64,000 nucleotides of DNA from IMG/VR virus record IMGVR_UViG_3300021399_000115, positions 68,320 through 132,319 of that record. One strand, 5' to 3'. This DNA comes from a virus (lineage: Duplodnaviria > Caudoviricetes). Numbering within the stretch: the first letter of the stretch is position 1; every line of letters begins with the position of its first letter. The position numbers and the translations under genes were made by a program. The notes beneath the pieces are model-generated. The model saw only the letters and a program-made list of their open reading frames with translations. It was not told the DNA's origin and did not search any database. Shown one piece after another: positions 54,108 through 64,000 of the stretch.

Positions 54108-54902
54108 ATGAGTGAGTTCAAGTTCAATCCTCTAAAGATGTACTTTGGACTACCGTATGAAGTCGGTAATGGCATGACACTGCATATCCCAACAATTGGA
54201 GATATTCTCTATTTGCCGGATGCTGACATTACGTTTTACGGCTCATTAAACATATGGGTTAGTAATCCAACGACATATCGGCTTCAACTTTGGAATGCTG
54301 GGATTGATTGGAACAAAATAACAGATTATCAGTTATTCCTTATGTTATATAAAGGTCAAACTCCTGAGGTTACAAAATTATTGTTTGGAGACATAGACTG
54401 GGGAAAATTCGACTTATATGCCAAAAATGTTTAGCAAGAGGACGAAAACGGCAATCTGGTTGATTCATAGGTAGTAACGCTTTATGATGCTGCGGATGAT
54501 ATAGAAATTAGCGAAGAGGATTATACTACAATTTCAGAGTATTATCGCACTGCTTTCAACATTCATCCTAAGGTTGAAAAAGCCAAAGGTAAAGCGACAA
54601 AGGAGGCAATCATTTGGGAGGATGAGCAGAATTTGGCTCGTCAAAAAAAAGATGGGGACGCTCCTACTTCCGCGCTGTTGCCGTTAGTTTCTGCATGCAT
54701 TAATCACCCAGGCTTTAAGTACAACCTTGAGTAGCTTAAGGATATTAATTATGTTGTGTTTATGGATTCTGTGCAGCGTTTACAAATCTATGAAAATACA
54801 CGGGCGTTATTAGCCGGTAGTATGAGTGGATTTGCGGATATGTCTAAAGTTCCGAAGGAATCATTTAATTTTATGAGAGATTTAAATAGTGATAATAAAT
54901 AA
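54108..54902 (+). CDS. Conserved tail-region protein (YomV-like position), TAG=Gln
   Basis: Frame continues through 3 TAG to TAA 54900-02; HIPTIGDI...INHPGFKY...FMDSVQRLQ. Confidence 0.7.
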
Positions 54903-54972
54903 CTTGGTATAACCCGAAATAATCGGTTAATACAATAAATATAAAAATATATTATGAAAGGAGAAATGTATT

Positions 54973-55785
54973 ATGGCATTCAAGCTCGATGATCTTATTA
55001 TTGACCGTATCTAGGTCGCAACTGCTGAAGACTTTGACGGCAACGTTCTCTATACACTCACCCAGCTTTAGGAAGCTACTCTTAATATTTCCGCAGAATC
55101 TAATGATGTTACCGATAAAGACGGCAACCTCGTGAAACGTTTCTGGAGAGCAAAAACCGGTGAGTTTACAGCAACTAACGCTTTTATTAACCTTAATATT
55201 CTCGGATCTGAAGCTGGTTCTGGAAAGGTTGAAGCTAGTGCAAACCATAAGATTACCGCACCGGGAATCACAATTGCTAAGGCATCTGATGGCCCGACCG
55301 TTACACTTAAGTATGTAACCGGTACGCCGAAGGTGTATGGTATGGAAAACAACGGTACTCTCGGTATTGCATTCCAGACCGGCGGTAGTGCTACTGCTTC
55401 CACATTTACTTATGATGATGGAACCGGTGTACTTACTCTTCCGCTTAGCAACGATTATACTCAGTATCTGATTCGTTATGACCGTGAACTTGATGGCACC
55501 GCTGCAACGGCTGGTGCTGTTGAGATGATTAATAAAGCTGATAAGTTCCCGGGAACTATCCGTCTTATCCTTAAGGTTCTTTGTGTCGATCCTTGTTCCG
55601 CAGACACACTCCGCGCAGCATATATCGACATTCCGTCCTTCTAGGTATCGCCGGAAAGCGAAGTGTCACTGAGTTCCGACAATCAGACTATCGACTTTAA
55701 TGGACAGCTTCAGGTTTCTTATTGCGACGCTGATAAGAGACTCTATAGCATCTATGTTGTTGAAGATGACGAGGAAGACGAATAA
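54973..55785 (+). CDS. Probable major tail protein, TAG=Gln
   Basis: MAFKLDDLIIDRI*...; 270 aa through 3 TAG; strong SD, T/A/G-rich, followed by a terminator. Confidence 0.7.
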
Positions 55786-55809
55786 TTTATTATCGTTTAA
55801 CTATCAAGA

Positions 55810-55840
55810 GCCGTCGGGGTCAAATCCGGCGGTTTTATTT
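55810..55840 (+). terminator. Rho-independent terminator
   Basis: GCCGTCGG...CCGGCGGT followed by TTTATTT. Confidence 0.65.
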
Positions 55841-55841
55841 A

Positions 55842-55925
55842 AAAATAAATAGGTTGGTTTTGCAACCCAACTGACAAGAGCGGGAAACTCCTATCCCGCT
55901 CTTTTATTTTGTCTAAATTTAGGAG
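55842..55925 (+). ncRNA. Three-way-junction element, copy 4
   Basis: Outer stem AAAATAAA/TTTATTTT; hairpins GGTTGG/CCAACT and GAGCGGGA/TCCCGCTC; loop CTCCTA pairs with TAGGAG at 55920-55925. Confidence 0.6.
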
Positions 55926-55942
55926 ATTCATTATAAGGAGAA

Positions 55943-57217
55943 ATGAAAATGGGAAAGAAAGAAAAATATTATTTTGATAAATGGTGTAACGATCATTCTA
56001 GATTCGATTTATTAAATAGGTGGGATTATGAAAAGAATGCTTTTAGTCCAGGCGAATTATCAATGGGTTCTGAAAAAGATGTTTGGTTAAAATGTCCAAG
56101 GGGTATTCATGAAAGTGAATCACATAAAATATATCCACTTGGGAGGTTAAATGGAGAACATCAAGAACTGGCATGTAGAGCATGTTCTAGTTTTGCCCAA
56201 CATGTTATAGATAAATATGGCATTGATTATTTAGAAAAAATTTGGAACGAAGACAATGGTTTCACCCCATGGGATATTAGCTTTAGGTCTAAGATTGATA
56301 TTAAAATAAATGATTTGGATAATGGTGGAGTAAAAACAATTGTTCCAGAAAGATTTTTTAGGCCAAAAGGTAAATGGATTCCAAACGATGCCGCTGTAAA
56401 AAAAGAAAAATCTTTAGGAGTCATATACCCAGACAGCATTCTTTATTGGTCAAATAAAAATGAAATGACTCCATATGATTATTATTGTAATTCAAATAAA
56501 AAAGTGTATTGGAAATGCAATAATGGGAAACATGATGATTACTTAAGGGAAATTGCTCAGTCTAAAATTAAACATTTTGAATGTCCTGAGTGTGCCAGAT
56601 TAGGGATTGGTCTTATTGACTTAGTAGGAAAACAATATGGGGAATTAACCGTAACGGCTTTTGATAAATCCGTTGACGGAGTACCGTATTGGTTTTGTCA
56701 TTGTTCATGTGGAAACGATGTAAGTATCAGAGGTAGTGTTTTACGAAAAGGTGACGCCAAAACCTGTGGCGGTGGCTGGCATTATACCGGAGAAAATAAT
56801 CCCAACTGGAAAGGCGGAGAAAAAACACTAAATCAAAGGATTAGAAGTAGTAAACCGTATAAACATTGGAGAGATTCAATTATTAAAAAATATGGATCCG
56901 TTTGTTATATTACCAATACAGTTACAGATAATCTGGAATTACATCATATATATCCCATGTCAACATATCCAGAATATATGTTTGAAGAGTGGAACACCAT
57001 TATATTGGATAAAAAATATCATAATATGTTTATATATGGTTCGTTTCATCATAAGTATGGAGCAAAAAACAATACCCCAGAGCAACTTCAGGAGTATATA
57101 AATGAGATAAGAAAGAAACACGGTATTGATAAACCGTTTGACATATATAGTTATATTGACGTTATGAAATTAAATACTATAGATACAGATATCGAAAAAC
57201 CTATTATTAATTTTTAA
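55943..57217 (+). CDS. Free-standing HNH homing-endonuclease-like protein with Zn-ribbon repeats
   Basis: WDYEKN..P...VWLKC repeats, WFCHCSCG, GENNPNWKGG, LELHHI...N....H; no TAG. Confidence 0.8.
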   Translation: MKMGKKEKYYFDKWCNDHSRFDLLNRWDYEKNAFSPGELSMGSEKDVWLKCPRGIHESESHKIYPLGRLNGEHQELACRACSSFAQHVIDKYGIDYLEKIWNEDNGFTPWDISFRSKIDIKINDLDNGGVKTIVPERFFRPKGKWIPNDAAVKKEKSLGVIYPDSILYWSNKNEMTPYDYYCNSNKKVYWKCNNGKHDDYLREIAQSKIKHFECPECARLGIGLIDLVGKQYGELTVTAFDKSVDGVPYWFCHCSCGNDVSIRGSVLRKGDAKTCGGGWHYTGENNPNWKGGEKTLNQRIRSSKPYKHWRDSIIKKYGSVCYITNTVTDNLELHHIYPMSTYPEYMFEEWNTIILDKKYHNMFIYGSFHHKYGAKNNTPEQLQEYINEIRKKHGIDKPFDIYSYIDVMKLNTIDTDIEKPIINF

Positions 57218-57231
57218 GGAGGAAAAGAATA

Positions 57232-57711
57232 ATGGCTAAAAAGAAATTTGAACGAAGCTGCAGTATTTGCTCAAGCAAGTATCAGTTCTGCCCTAATTGT
57301 TCAGATTTTGATAAGCTTCCTCGCTGGATGGACGCTTATTGTTCTGAGAGATGCAAGGAAATATACAACATTACTGCGGGCTTTTTAAATCATTGGCTTG
57401 AACCAGAGGTTGAAGCGGCTAGACTTAGTGAACTTACGCTTGATAAAGAGTATATTGAAAAACTTCCGGATTGGATAAAAGATGCAATTAATCAGCTTTA
57501 GCAGATTGATACTACTAATGCTAAAGCAATTATGTCGGCATTAAAGAACGAATCGCCGGAAGTTAAACTGGCTGCTGAGGAAGTAAAGCATGAAGAACCG
57601 GAGAAAACCTCAGAAGACAATACAATTGTCAATGAAGATAAACCTCTGAATGATAATAGAAATAAGAATTATCAGAATAAAAAGATTAAGCCAAAATTTG
57701 CGGCAAAATAA
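57232..57711 (+). CDS. Cys-rich (Zn-binding) hypothetical protein, one TAG
   Basis: CSIC..YQFCPNC...YCSERC; frame continues through TAG to TAA 57709-11. Confidence 0.65.
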
Positions 57712-57840
57712 ATTAGTGAATGTGATTATAAAATACGGAGTGAACCGGCATGACCGGATCACATATTAGGGGACGACTACACATTCATTTTGTGGCTGTC
57801 CCCTTTTTTTACGATTTTTTCAAGGAAGGAATTAAAAGGA

Positions 57841-58077
57841 ATGAGAGATATTAATGATATACATTCAGAAATAACGGGAAAAGATTATTATCCATAGGAC
57901 GGTGTTCGAATAGTCAATGTGAAGCAAGCTACTTTATATTTAAAACACGGATGTGAACTTCTTGATTTATATATTAGTGTAGATTTTAACACGGGGGATC
58001 CAATATTATGTTTTATTTTCAATCGAGAACAAAGTAAAAAGTATTTTGACCTTTGGTGTAAACATGAACTTACGTAA
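57841..58077 (+). CDS. Small conserved protein (DUF5659-like), one TAG
   Basis: Absent from the track; RIVNVKQATLYLKHG...FIFNRE...FDLWCKHEL. Confidence 0.65.
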
Positions 58078-58087
58078 GGAGAATATT

Positions 58088-59221
58088 ATGCGAGAAGTAT
58101 ATTTAGATAATGCAGCTACAACAAAACCATATCCTGGAGTGATTGAACAGATGCTTAATGCGTATTCCAAAGTTTATGGGAATCCATCTTCTACTCATAG
58201 GGCTGGGATTGTGGCGAGGAATTTAATTGATGTTTCGCGAACTGACCTAGCTACAACGATTAATTGTATGCCGGAAGAAATATATTTTACATCCGGTGGG
58301 ACCGAGAGTGATAATTGGGTATTAAATATATTAGAGCCAGGAGATCATTTAATAACTAGCGTAATAGAGCATCATGCTATTTTAAATAAGTGCTGGGCAC
58401 TTGAGAAAAAAGGTGTTAAAGTAACATATGTAGGAGTTGATAAGTTCGGGGCTATTAATCCGCAAGATGTAGCCAATGCCGTAACTCCTAATACAAAGCT
58501 AATATCTATAATGACCGCCAATAATGAAATTGGGACAATTCAGCCTATTGAAGAAATTGGCAGAATTGCTCGTAAAAATAATATAATCTTTCACACTGAT
58601 GCTGTTCAAGCATACGGTCATATTCCCATTGATGTAAACAAACTACATATTGATATGATGAGTGTAAGTGCTCATAAAACTCATGGTCCTAAGGGGATTG
58701 GGTTTTTATATGTGCGGAACAGAATAGATATACCGCCGCTTATTTATGGTGGTGGTCAAGAGTCTGGAAAGCGTTCAGGAACAGAAAATGTATTGGCGAT
58801 TGCTGGATTTGGTTGCATTTCTGACGCTATAAACAATTTAGAGAATAGTAGAGATATCGCACATATCCTTTATTTACGCAATTATCTTTACTCAAAATTA
58901 ATAAGTGAATTTGATAACGTAACCATCAATGGTGATATTGGCAATCGGCTACCTGGAAATTTGAACGTATGTTTTAAAGGATGTCGCGGAGAGCAAATAT
59001 TAAGAATGCTAGACATGAGCGGAATTTATGTTTCTACCGGGTCTGCATGTAATTCTGACTCTAATGAGCCGTCATATGTGCTGAAAGCGATTGGTTTATC
59101 TGATGATGATGCGAACGCTTCTATTCGATTTTCACTAGATTACGAAACAACACAATCAGACATTGACTATGTTATTGATAATTTAAAACTAATAAATGCT
59201 AAAGGAGTTAAAAGGAAATAA
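58088..59221 (+). CDS. iscS: Cysteine desulfurase (IscS/NifS)
   Basis: YLDNAATT, FTSGGTESDN, HTDAVQ, SAHKTHGPKG (PLP Lys), STGSAC (catalytic Cys); no TAG. Confidence 0.95.
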   Translation: MREVYLDNAATTKPYPGVIEQMLNAYSKVYGNPSSTHRAGIVARNLIDVSRTDLATTINCMPEEIYFTSGGTESDNWVLNILEPGDHLITSVIEHHAILNKCWALEKKGVKVTYVGVDKFGAINPQDVANAVTPNTKLISIMTANNEIGTIQPIEEIGRIARKNNIIFHTDAVQAYGHIPIDVNKLHIDMMSVSAHKTHGPKGIGFLYVRNRIDIPPLIYGGGQESGKRSGTENVLAIAGFGCISDAINNLENSRDIAHILYLRNYLYSKLISEFDNVTINGDIGNRLPGNLNVCFKGCRGEQILRMLDMSGIYVSTGSACNSDSNEPSYVLKAIGLSDDDANASIRFSLDYETTQSDIDYVIDNLKLINAKGVKRK

Positions 59222-59226
59222 ATATT

Positions 59227-59481
59227 ATGAGAAAACAATTGGAAAAAACTATAAATAAATATGTAATAGCCTCTATTGACACAGAGGGTAAAACTGTATA
59301 TCTACGTTCATTGCACGACCATAAGTGGGAAATTGTAACTAATATTGAACTGGCTACTAAAACATATGATCGAGATATTGCAATTACTGTTCTTAGAAAC
59401 TATATGGAAGACTTTCAAACAAATACTGAGTTTGTGGTTATACCATTAACCATAGAATATTACTTGGTTGATGAAAGCTAA
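59227..59481 (+). CDS. Hypothetical protein
   Basis: 84-aa ORF. Confidence 0.6.
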   Translation: MRKQLEKTINKYVIASIDTEGKTVYLRSLHDHKWEIVTNIELATKTYDRDIAITVLRNYMEDFQTNTEFVVIPLTIEYYLVDES

Positions 59482-59506
59482 ATTTTAAAGAAGGGAGTGA
59501 TCTGTT

Positions 59507-60538
59507 ATAGGACGTAAAACAGTGTATAACAATATAACAACGCCGGAATTAATCGAACAGATTCTTCCGGAGAATAAGCAACTAGGTGACGACTTTATAG
59601 AATATCTTCAATCTATAGATAGATCACCTAATACTATTGAACAGTATAAAAGTGATTTAAAAATATTTTGGGTGTGGAATTTAGAATATAACAACAATAA
59701 ACCATTTATCAAAATAACAAAACGAGAATTTGCAAAGTTTCAGAATCATTGTCTTAACAACTGGGGATGGAGTTCCAACAGAATTCGCCGGGTAAAATCT
59801 GTCATTTCTTCAATGAGTAACTTTATAGAAAATATTTTGGATGAAGAAGAGGAATTTGAAGGTTATCGAGCAATTATTAGAAAAATCGAATCTCCGGTCA
59901 AAGAGGCGGTTCGTGAAAAAACAGTATTTGAACCGGAAGAAATACAACTACTACTCTCCCATCTTGTTGAACAAGAGAAATACATGCAAGCTTGTATCCT
60001 TGCACTGGCAATGTATTCCGGAAGGCGAAAGGCTGAATTGCCGAGGTTTAAAGTGTCATATTTTGACGAGGAAAATGTATTTCTCGGCTCATTGTATAAA
60101 ACGCCTGAGAAGGTAAAAACCAAAGGCCGCGGTTCTCGTGGTAAGATGTTGGAATTATATGTGTTGAAAAAGGAATTTGATCCTTATTTAAAATTGTGGC
60201 TTGATTACAGAAAGGAAAATGGGATTATCAGTGAGTGGTTATTTCCATCCGCAAATAATCCAGATGAACCGATTAAACCGGAAAGTCTCGACAACTGGGT
60301 GGACACGTATAGCAGATTTTTAGGAAAACCCTTCTACTGGCACAGCCTCCGGCATATGTATTGCACTACATTATTAAAGAAAAATTTACCGTCTTCTGTT
60401 GTACAAGAAATAATCGGCTGGGATAGTGCAGATATGGTTAATTTATATAATGATGCAACTATTGAGGATACGCTCTCTCAGTATTTTGATGAGAACGGAA
60501 TTAAGGATGTCAAACAGAGTTCTTTATCGGATATGTAA
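59507..60538 (+). CDS. Tyrosine recombinase (YomM-like position)
   Basis: SGRRKAEL, KTKGRG, WHSLRH, IGWDS, MVNLY; probable ATA start at 59507 (ATA GGA CGT AAA ACA GTG) with AAGGGAG SD. Confidence 0.9.
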   Translation: MGRKTVYNNITTPELIEQILPENKQLGDDFIEYLQSIDRSPNTIEQYKSDLKIFWVWNLEYNNNKPFIKITKREFAKFQNHCLNNWGWSSNRIRRVKSVISSMSNFIENILDEEEEFEGYRAIIRKIESPVKEAVREKTVFEPEEIQLLLSHLVEQEKYMQACILALAMYSGRRKAELPRFKVSYFDEENVFLGSLYKTPEKVKTKGRGSRGKMLELYVLKKEFDPYLKLWLDYRKENGIISEWLFPSANNPDEPIKPESLDNWVDTYSRFLGKPFYWHSLRHMYCTTLLKKNLPSSVVQEIIGWDSADMVNLYNDATIEDTLSQYFDENGIKDVKQSSLSDM

Positions 60539-60550
60539 TGGAGAAACTGA

Positions 60551-60988
60551 ATGGAATACAAAATAATAATAGACCAATAGTTGGTTGATGAATACAACAA
60601 ATATTATTTCAAGCAATACCCTCGCGCTAGAAAACCGGCAATAGACAAACCGCGCCATCCACTTCTTAACACCTGGATGATATTACCTAGGGTACAAATG
60701 AATAATATTAAGCAGAAATGGAAATTTTTCACTATATGGATATGTAGGAAATTAGGTTATTCCGGTTTAATGTTGGATAAATTCACGGTTGATGTAGTAA
60801 CATATATGCCGACTCGACGGAGATCGGATTGCGACAACACGGTACCAAAGTTTATATTGGATGGATTTACAGAGGCTAGATTTATTGTGGATGATGATTA
60901 TAAACACCTTACTTCTCTCACATTACGTATGGGCTATGACAAAGAAAATCCGCGTACCGAAATAACGGTAACTACTATAGACAATTGA
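60551..60988 (+). CDS. RusA-like Holliday junction resolvase, one TAG
   Basis: RRSDCDN..KFILDG.....IVDDD...NPRTEI; ATG 60551 in frame through a TAG. Confidence 0.8.
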
Positions 60989-61011
60989 TTATTAATCGAG
61001 GTGACGAATTA

Positions 61012-61392
61012 ATGGGGTATATTTATTTTAATCCTAATCCAGCCGGAAAAATGGTTGGTGATTGTGTTATTAGAGCTATATCGCGAATTGAAGGAAAAGG
61101 ATGGAATGATATTTTTATCGAACTTATGGCAGAAGCTTATAAATTATCTGATATGCCCTCTTCTAATTATGTATGGGGTTCATATTTAAAATCAAAAGGA
61201 TACACAAGGTAGAATCTTCCGGACACATGCCCGGATTGTTATACGTTGAGACAGTTCGCATAGGAACATTCTGATGGACATTATATTGTAGCTACCGGAA
61301 CCCATGCCGTTGCGGTAGACATGGGTAGCATATATGATAGCTGGGATAGTTCCGACGAAATTGTAACATATTATTGGTAGAAGGAGGAATAA
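61012..61392 (+). CDS. Conserved phage protein with papain/C39-like Cys-His-Asp pattern, TAG=Gln
   Basis: NPNPAGKMVGDCVIRAI...THAVAV....YDSWDS; 3 TAG. Confidence 0.7.
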
Positions 61393-61395
61393 TCT

Positions 61396-61965
61396 ATGGA
61401 TGCTTTTAATGGATTTTAGAATGGTTATCAGTAGAATAATTATCAATAGCCTTACCCTCAGAGGAATTGGCAACAGTATTATCAAGTTCCGCAGACAATG
61501 ACTAATCTGGTTTATCAACAGCAGCCGCAGACCGGAAACATGATATGGGTTAAAGGCAGAACTGCTGCCGACGGATATAATAATCTGTAGCCCGGAATTC
61601 CTGTGGCTTTGTGGGACGAGGATGAAAAAGTTATTTATATCAAATATATAGATCAAATGGGGAAACCACAGATTACTGTATTGGATTACGCCGAAAGAGG
61701 CGTTGACAATTCTGAAAAAGACGTAGAAACTCCGGAGTATGTGACAAAGCAATAGTTAGATGACATTACCTCACAACTCTCTTCTATCACCAAACAATTG
61801 GAATCTTTTTAGGATTTTGTTACCAAAGATTAGTTAACTTAGGTAAATAATCAACTTAGTAATCTTGATAAGTAGGTTACCGGTATTGAAGATAGGATAA
61901 CTAGTTTTGGTAAACCATAGAATAATTCCAATTCTAATTCTAATTATAGGAAGGGGAATAAATAA
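61396..61965 (+). CDS. Gln-rich protein (10 in-frame TAG)
   Basis: AAGGAGG SD; CAG TAG and CAA TAG runs; MIWVKG...ALWD....IYIK..D..GKP...YVTK. Confidence 0.8.
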
Positions 61966-62246
61966 TGGCTAATAGTTTATTTAATAGATTTGGCGGATAT
62001 ATGCCGAGTCGTCAGCCTTAGAATAATTCCGGTAATATATTAAATCAGTTTGCTTAGGCGAGCAGAAATCCGGGAATTGTTTTAGATATAATGTTGAATA
62101 ATGGTAAAATCAGCCAGCAACAGTACAATGATTTACAACAGTTTCGGAATAATCCGGAGATGATTTGTAAATATTTGATGAATAACGGGAGAGCGAATGA
62201 AATAAATTACGCTCAGCAAATTGCTACCAATATGTAGCAACAGTAA
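61965..62246 (+). CDS. Small Gln/Asn-rich protein, 3 TAG
   Basis: TAATG coupling; MANSLFNRFGG...NGKISQQQYN. Confidence 0.75.
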
Positions 62247-62430
62247 CTTGATAATTGGAATACAAAGCATTAATTATATATATTCTTTAAAACGTTATAT
62301 AAAATTACCAATATGTGGTAAGGCTTAATTGTTTCTTAATGATATTATGTTTGGATTAAAAGGATTAAATGGATGGAGTATTTTAATATTACAACTAATT
62401 AATAATTTTATCCAAAGGAGGAATGCTACA

Positions 62431-63192
62431 ATGCTCAATGGTGAAGGATTCAGCGCTGCAGATCTCGCAGCAGTAGTTGGAAACAACAATGATGGTTTTG
62501 GTGGAAATAACAACGGTGCTTGGTGGTTACTGATTCTTCTTCTCTTTGCTAATAACGGCTGGGGAAATGGATTTGGAAATAACGTCGGTGCGTCCGGCGG
62601 ATACGCAACATAGGAATAGCTTCAGACCGGATTTGACCAGATGGCTGTTATGAATAGTCTGAATGGTCTTACTTCTGCCGTCACTACCGGTTTCGGTAAT
62701 GCGGAAATTTCTCGCGCAAATACCCTTGCAAGTATTACAAATCAGATGAACACTATCGCTATGAATCAGTAGCAGTGTTGTTGTGATAATAGATTGGCAG
62801 TAGCTAATCTCGGTGCCCAGATTGCATCCGAAGCATGCGCAGATCGTCAGTCTGTAAATGACGGAGTTCGTGATATTATGGCAATGAACACTGCTAATAC
62901 TAACGCACTTCTTAATACCATTAATGGTGGAATCCAGTCCATTCAGGACAAACTTTGCCAGCAAGAAATTGAAGCACTCAAAACACAGAACGCAAATCTC
63001 CAGACGCAGCTCAATCTCGCCAATCTTAAAGGTTCGCAGGACGCACAGACAGCGGCTATTCTTGCTAATAATGAAGCACAGACAGCCGCACTTGAAAGAT
63101 ATCTTGCCCCCTCACCCATCCCTGCATACATTGTTCCTCAGCCGTTTGGCTGCAATTGTGGGAATAACTACGGATGTGGATGCGGTAACTAA
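62431..63192 (+). CDS. Gly/Asn-rich membrane segment + QQQCCC coiled-coil protein, 3 TAG
   Basis: AAGGAGG SD; SAADLAAV..GG..GAWWLLILLLF..GWG...NQ*QCCCD...PSPIPAYIVP..GCGCG. Confidence 0.8.
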
Positions 63193-63230
63193 TTAATAAT
63201 TAATTGTTTAGTTGTAAGGGGGAATTATTT

Positions 63231-63701
63231 ATGGCTGAGTATAGCGCAGCTCTCCAGTAGACCGTAAATCCTGGAGAAACAATTATCTTTACAGAAGCGC
63301 CCATTCCTTGTACTCGCGGATTAGTACGGCATAGGGATGATACGGGAAGTTTTCTTTTAAGTGGATATATCCCTAATAGTTGGCGCGGATGTTGTTGCAA
63401 CAGAGCAAATGCGGCAAATTATTTAGTTGATTTTGGATGTAATATTGCCGTACCTACAGGCGGAACTCCTGGGCAAATATCCGTTGCAATTCAAATTGAT
63501 GGATCTACTATAGCTTCTTCAATAATGTCGGCAACCCCGGCAGCTGTAGAAGAATTTTTTAATATATCTAGAGCAGTTAATGTACCTGTATGGCGAGGAT
63601 GCTGCGAAACGGTATCGGTTAAAAATATTAGTGATCAGCCTATTTTAGTGTAGAACGCTAATATTATTTTTTCTCGCCCGGATTTGAATGTTACGCGATG
63701 A
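63231..63701 (+). CDS. BclA C-terminal-like beta-sandwich protein, 2 TAG
   Basis: MAEYSAALQ*TVNPGETIIF...YLVDFGCNIAVP...CCETVSVKN....ILV*NANI. Confidence 0.65.
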
Positions 63702-63713
63702 GGAGGGAAGATA

Positions 63714-64000
63714 ATGTAGGAATTTGATAATATCAAAGATATGATTTATTGCGAGATTGATGAAATTTCTCGTCAAGGAAAACTCGACATGAATACGGTA
63801 AAAATTCTCGGAGAACTTGTAGATATTCTGAAAGATTGTGGCACAATCGAGATGTTCGAAGAGAATGGATATACGACACCGGATGATGATTATTCTTTGG
63901 CAAGCGGATATAACCGTAATGGCGGCGGTTATTCTCAGAGAAGACCAATGTATTATTATAACAACGGTGGAAACAGTTATCGCGGCGGGAGAAACGGCGG
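63714..64000 (+). CDS. Hypothetical protein (truncated); codon 2 is TAG
   Basis: GAGGAGG SD, ATG TAG GAA TTT..., then open to the edge with a Y/G/R-rich tail. Confidence 0.65.

Noticed and set aside
38623-64000. Fragmented structural genes as pseudogenes of a decayed prophage or sequencing errors
   Set aside because: Every interruption I traced is an in-frame TAG (no TAA/TGA or frameshift, apart from introns) at Gln-like positions, and a CUA tRNA is present.

Overview
Part of a large SPbeta-like phage or prophage of a Firmicute, probably a clostridial gut or rumen host (inference). Three zones. (1) 1-21.8 kb, minus strand: a DGQHR/ParB-like gene and a tyrosine recombinase (yopQ/yopP-like), then about 60 small accessory genes. 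Many of these are separated by a repeated quasi-palindromic site, AT(A/G)AA-N6/7-TTT(G/A)A, fused to a stereotyped RBS, resembling a gene-cassette array. (2) About 2 kb divergent non-coding region, then plus-strand early/middle genes (24-37 kb): helicase-like, ParB, HNH, YonO-type single-subunit RNA polymerase, HU, PIN-PhoH, ClpP-like, YonK/YonJ-like. None of these has an in-frame TAG. (3) From 37.5 kb: packaging, head and tail genes, homing endonucleases, IscS, a second tyrosine recombinase and a Gln/Cys-rich cassette. Most structural genes here are broken in the ORF track only by in-frame TAG codons that sit where Gln is expected (genetic code 15). A non-canonical CUA-anticodon suppressor tRNA lies at 43697-43768. 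One virion gene is split by two tandem group I introns around a ~20-nt micro-exon. Four copies of a three-way-junction RNA element have a loop complementary to the downstream ribosome-binding region. All homology calls are from motif recognition and gene order, not database searches; codon and motif counts are by hand.
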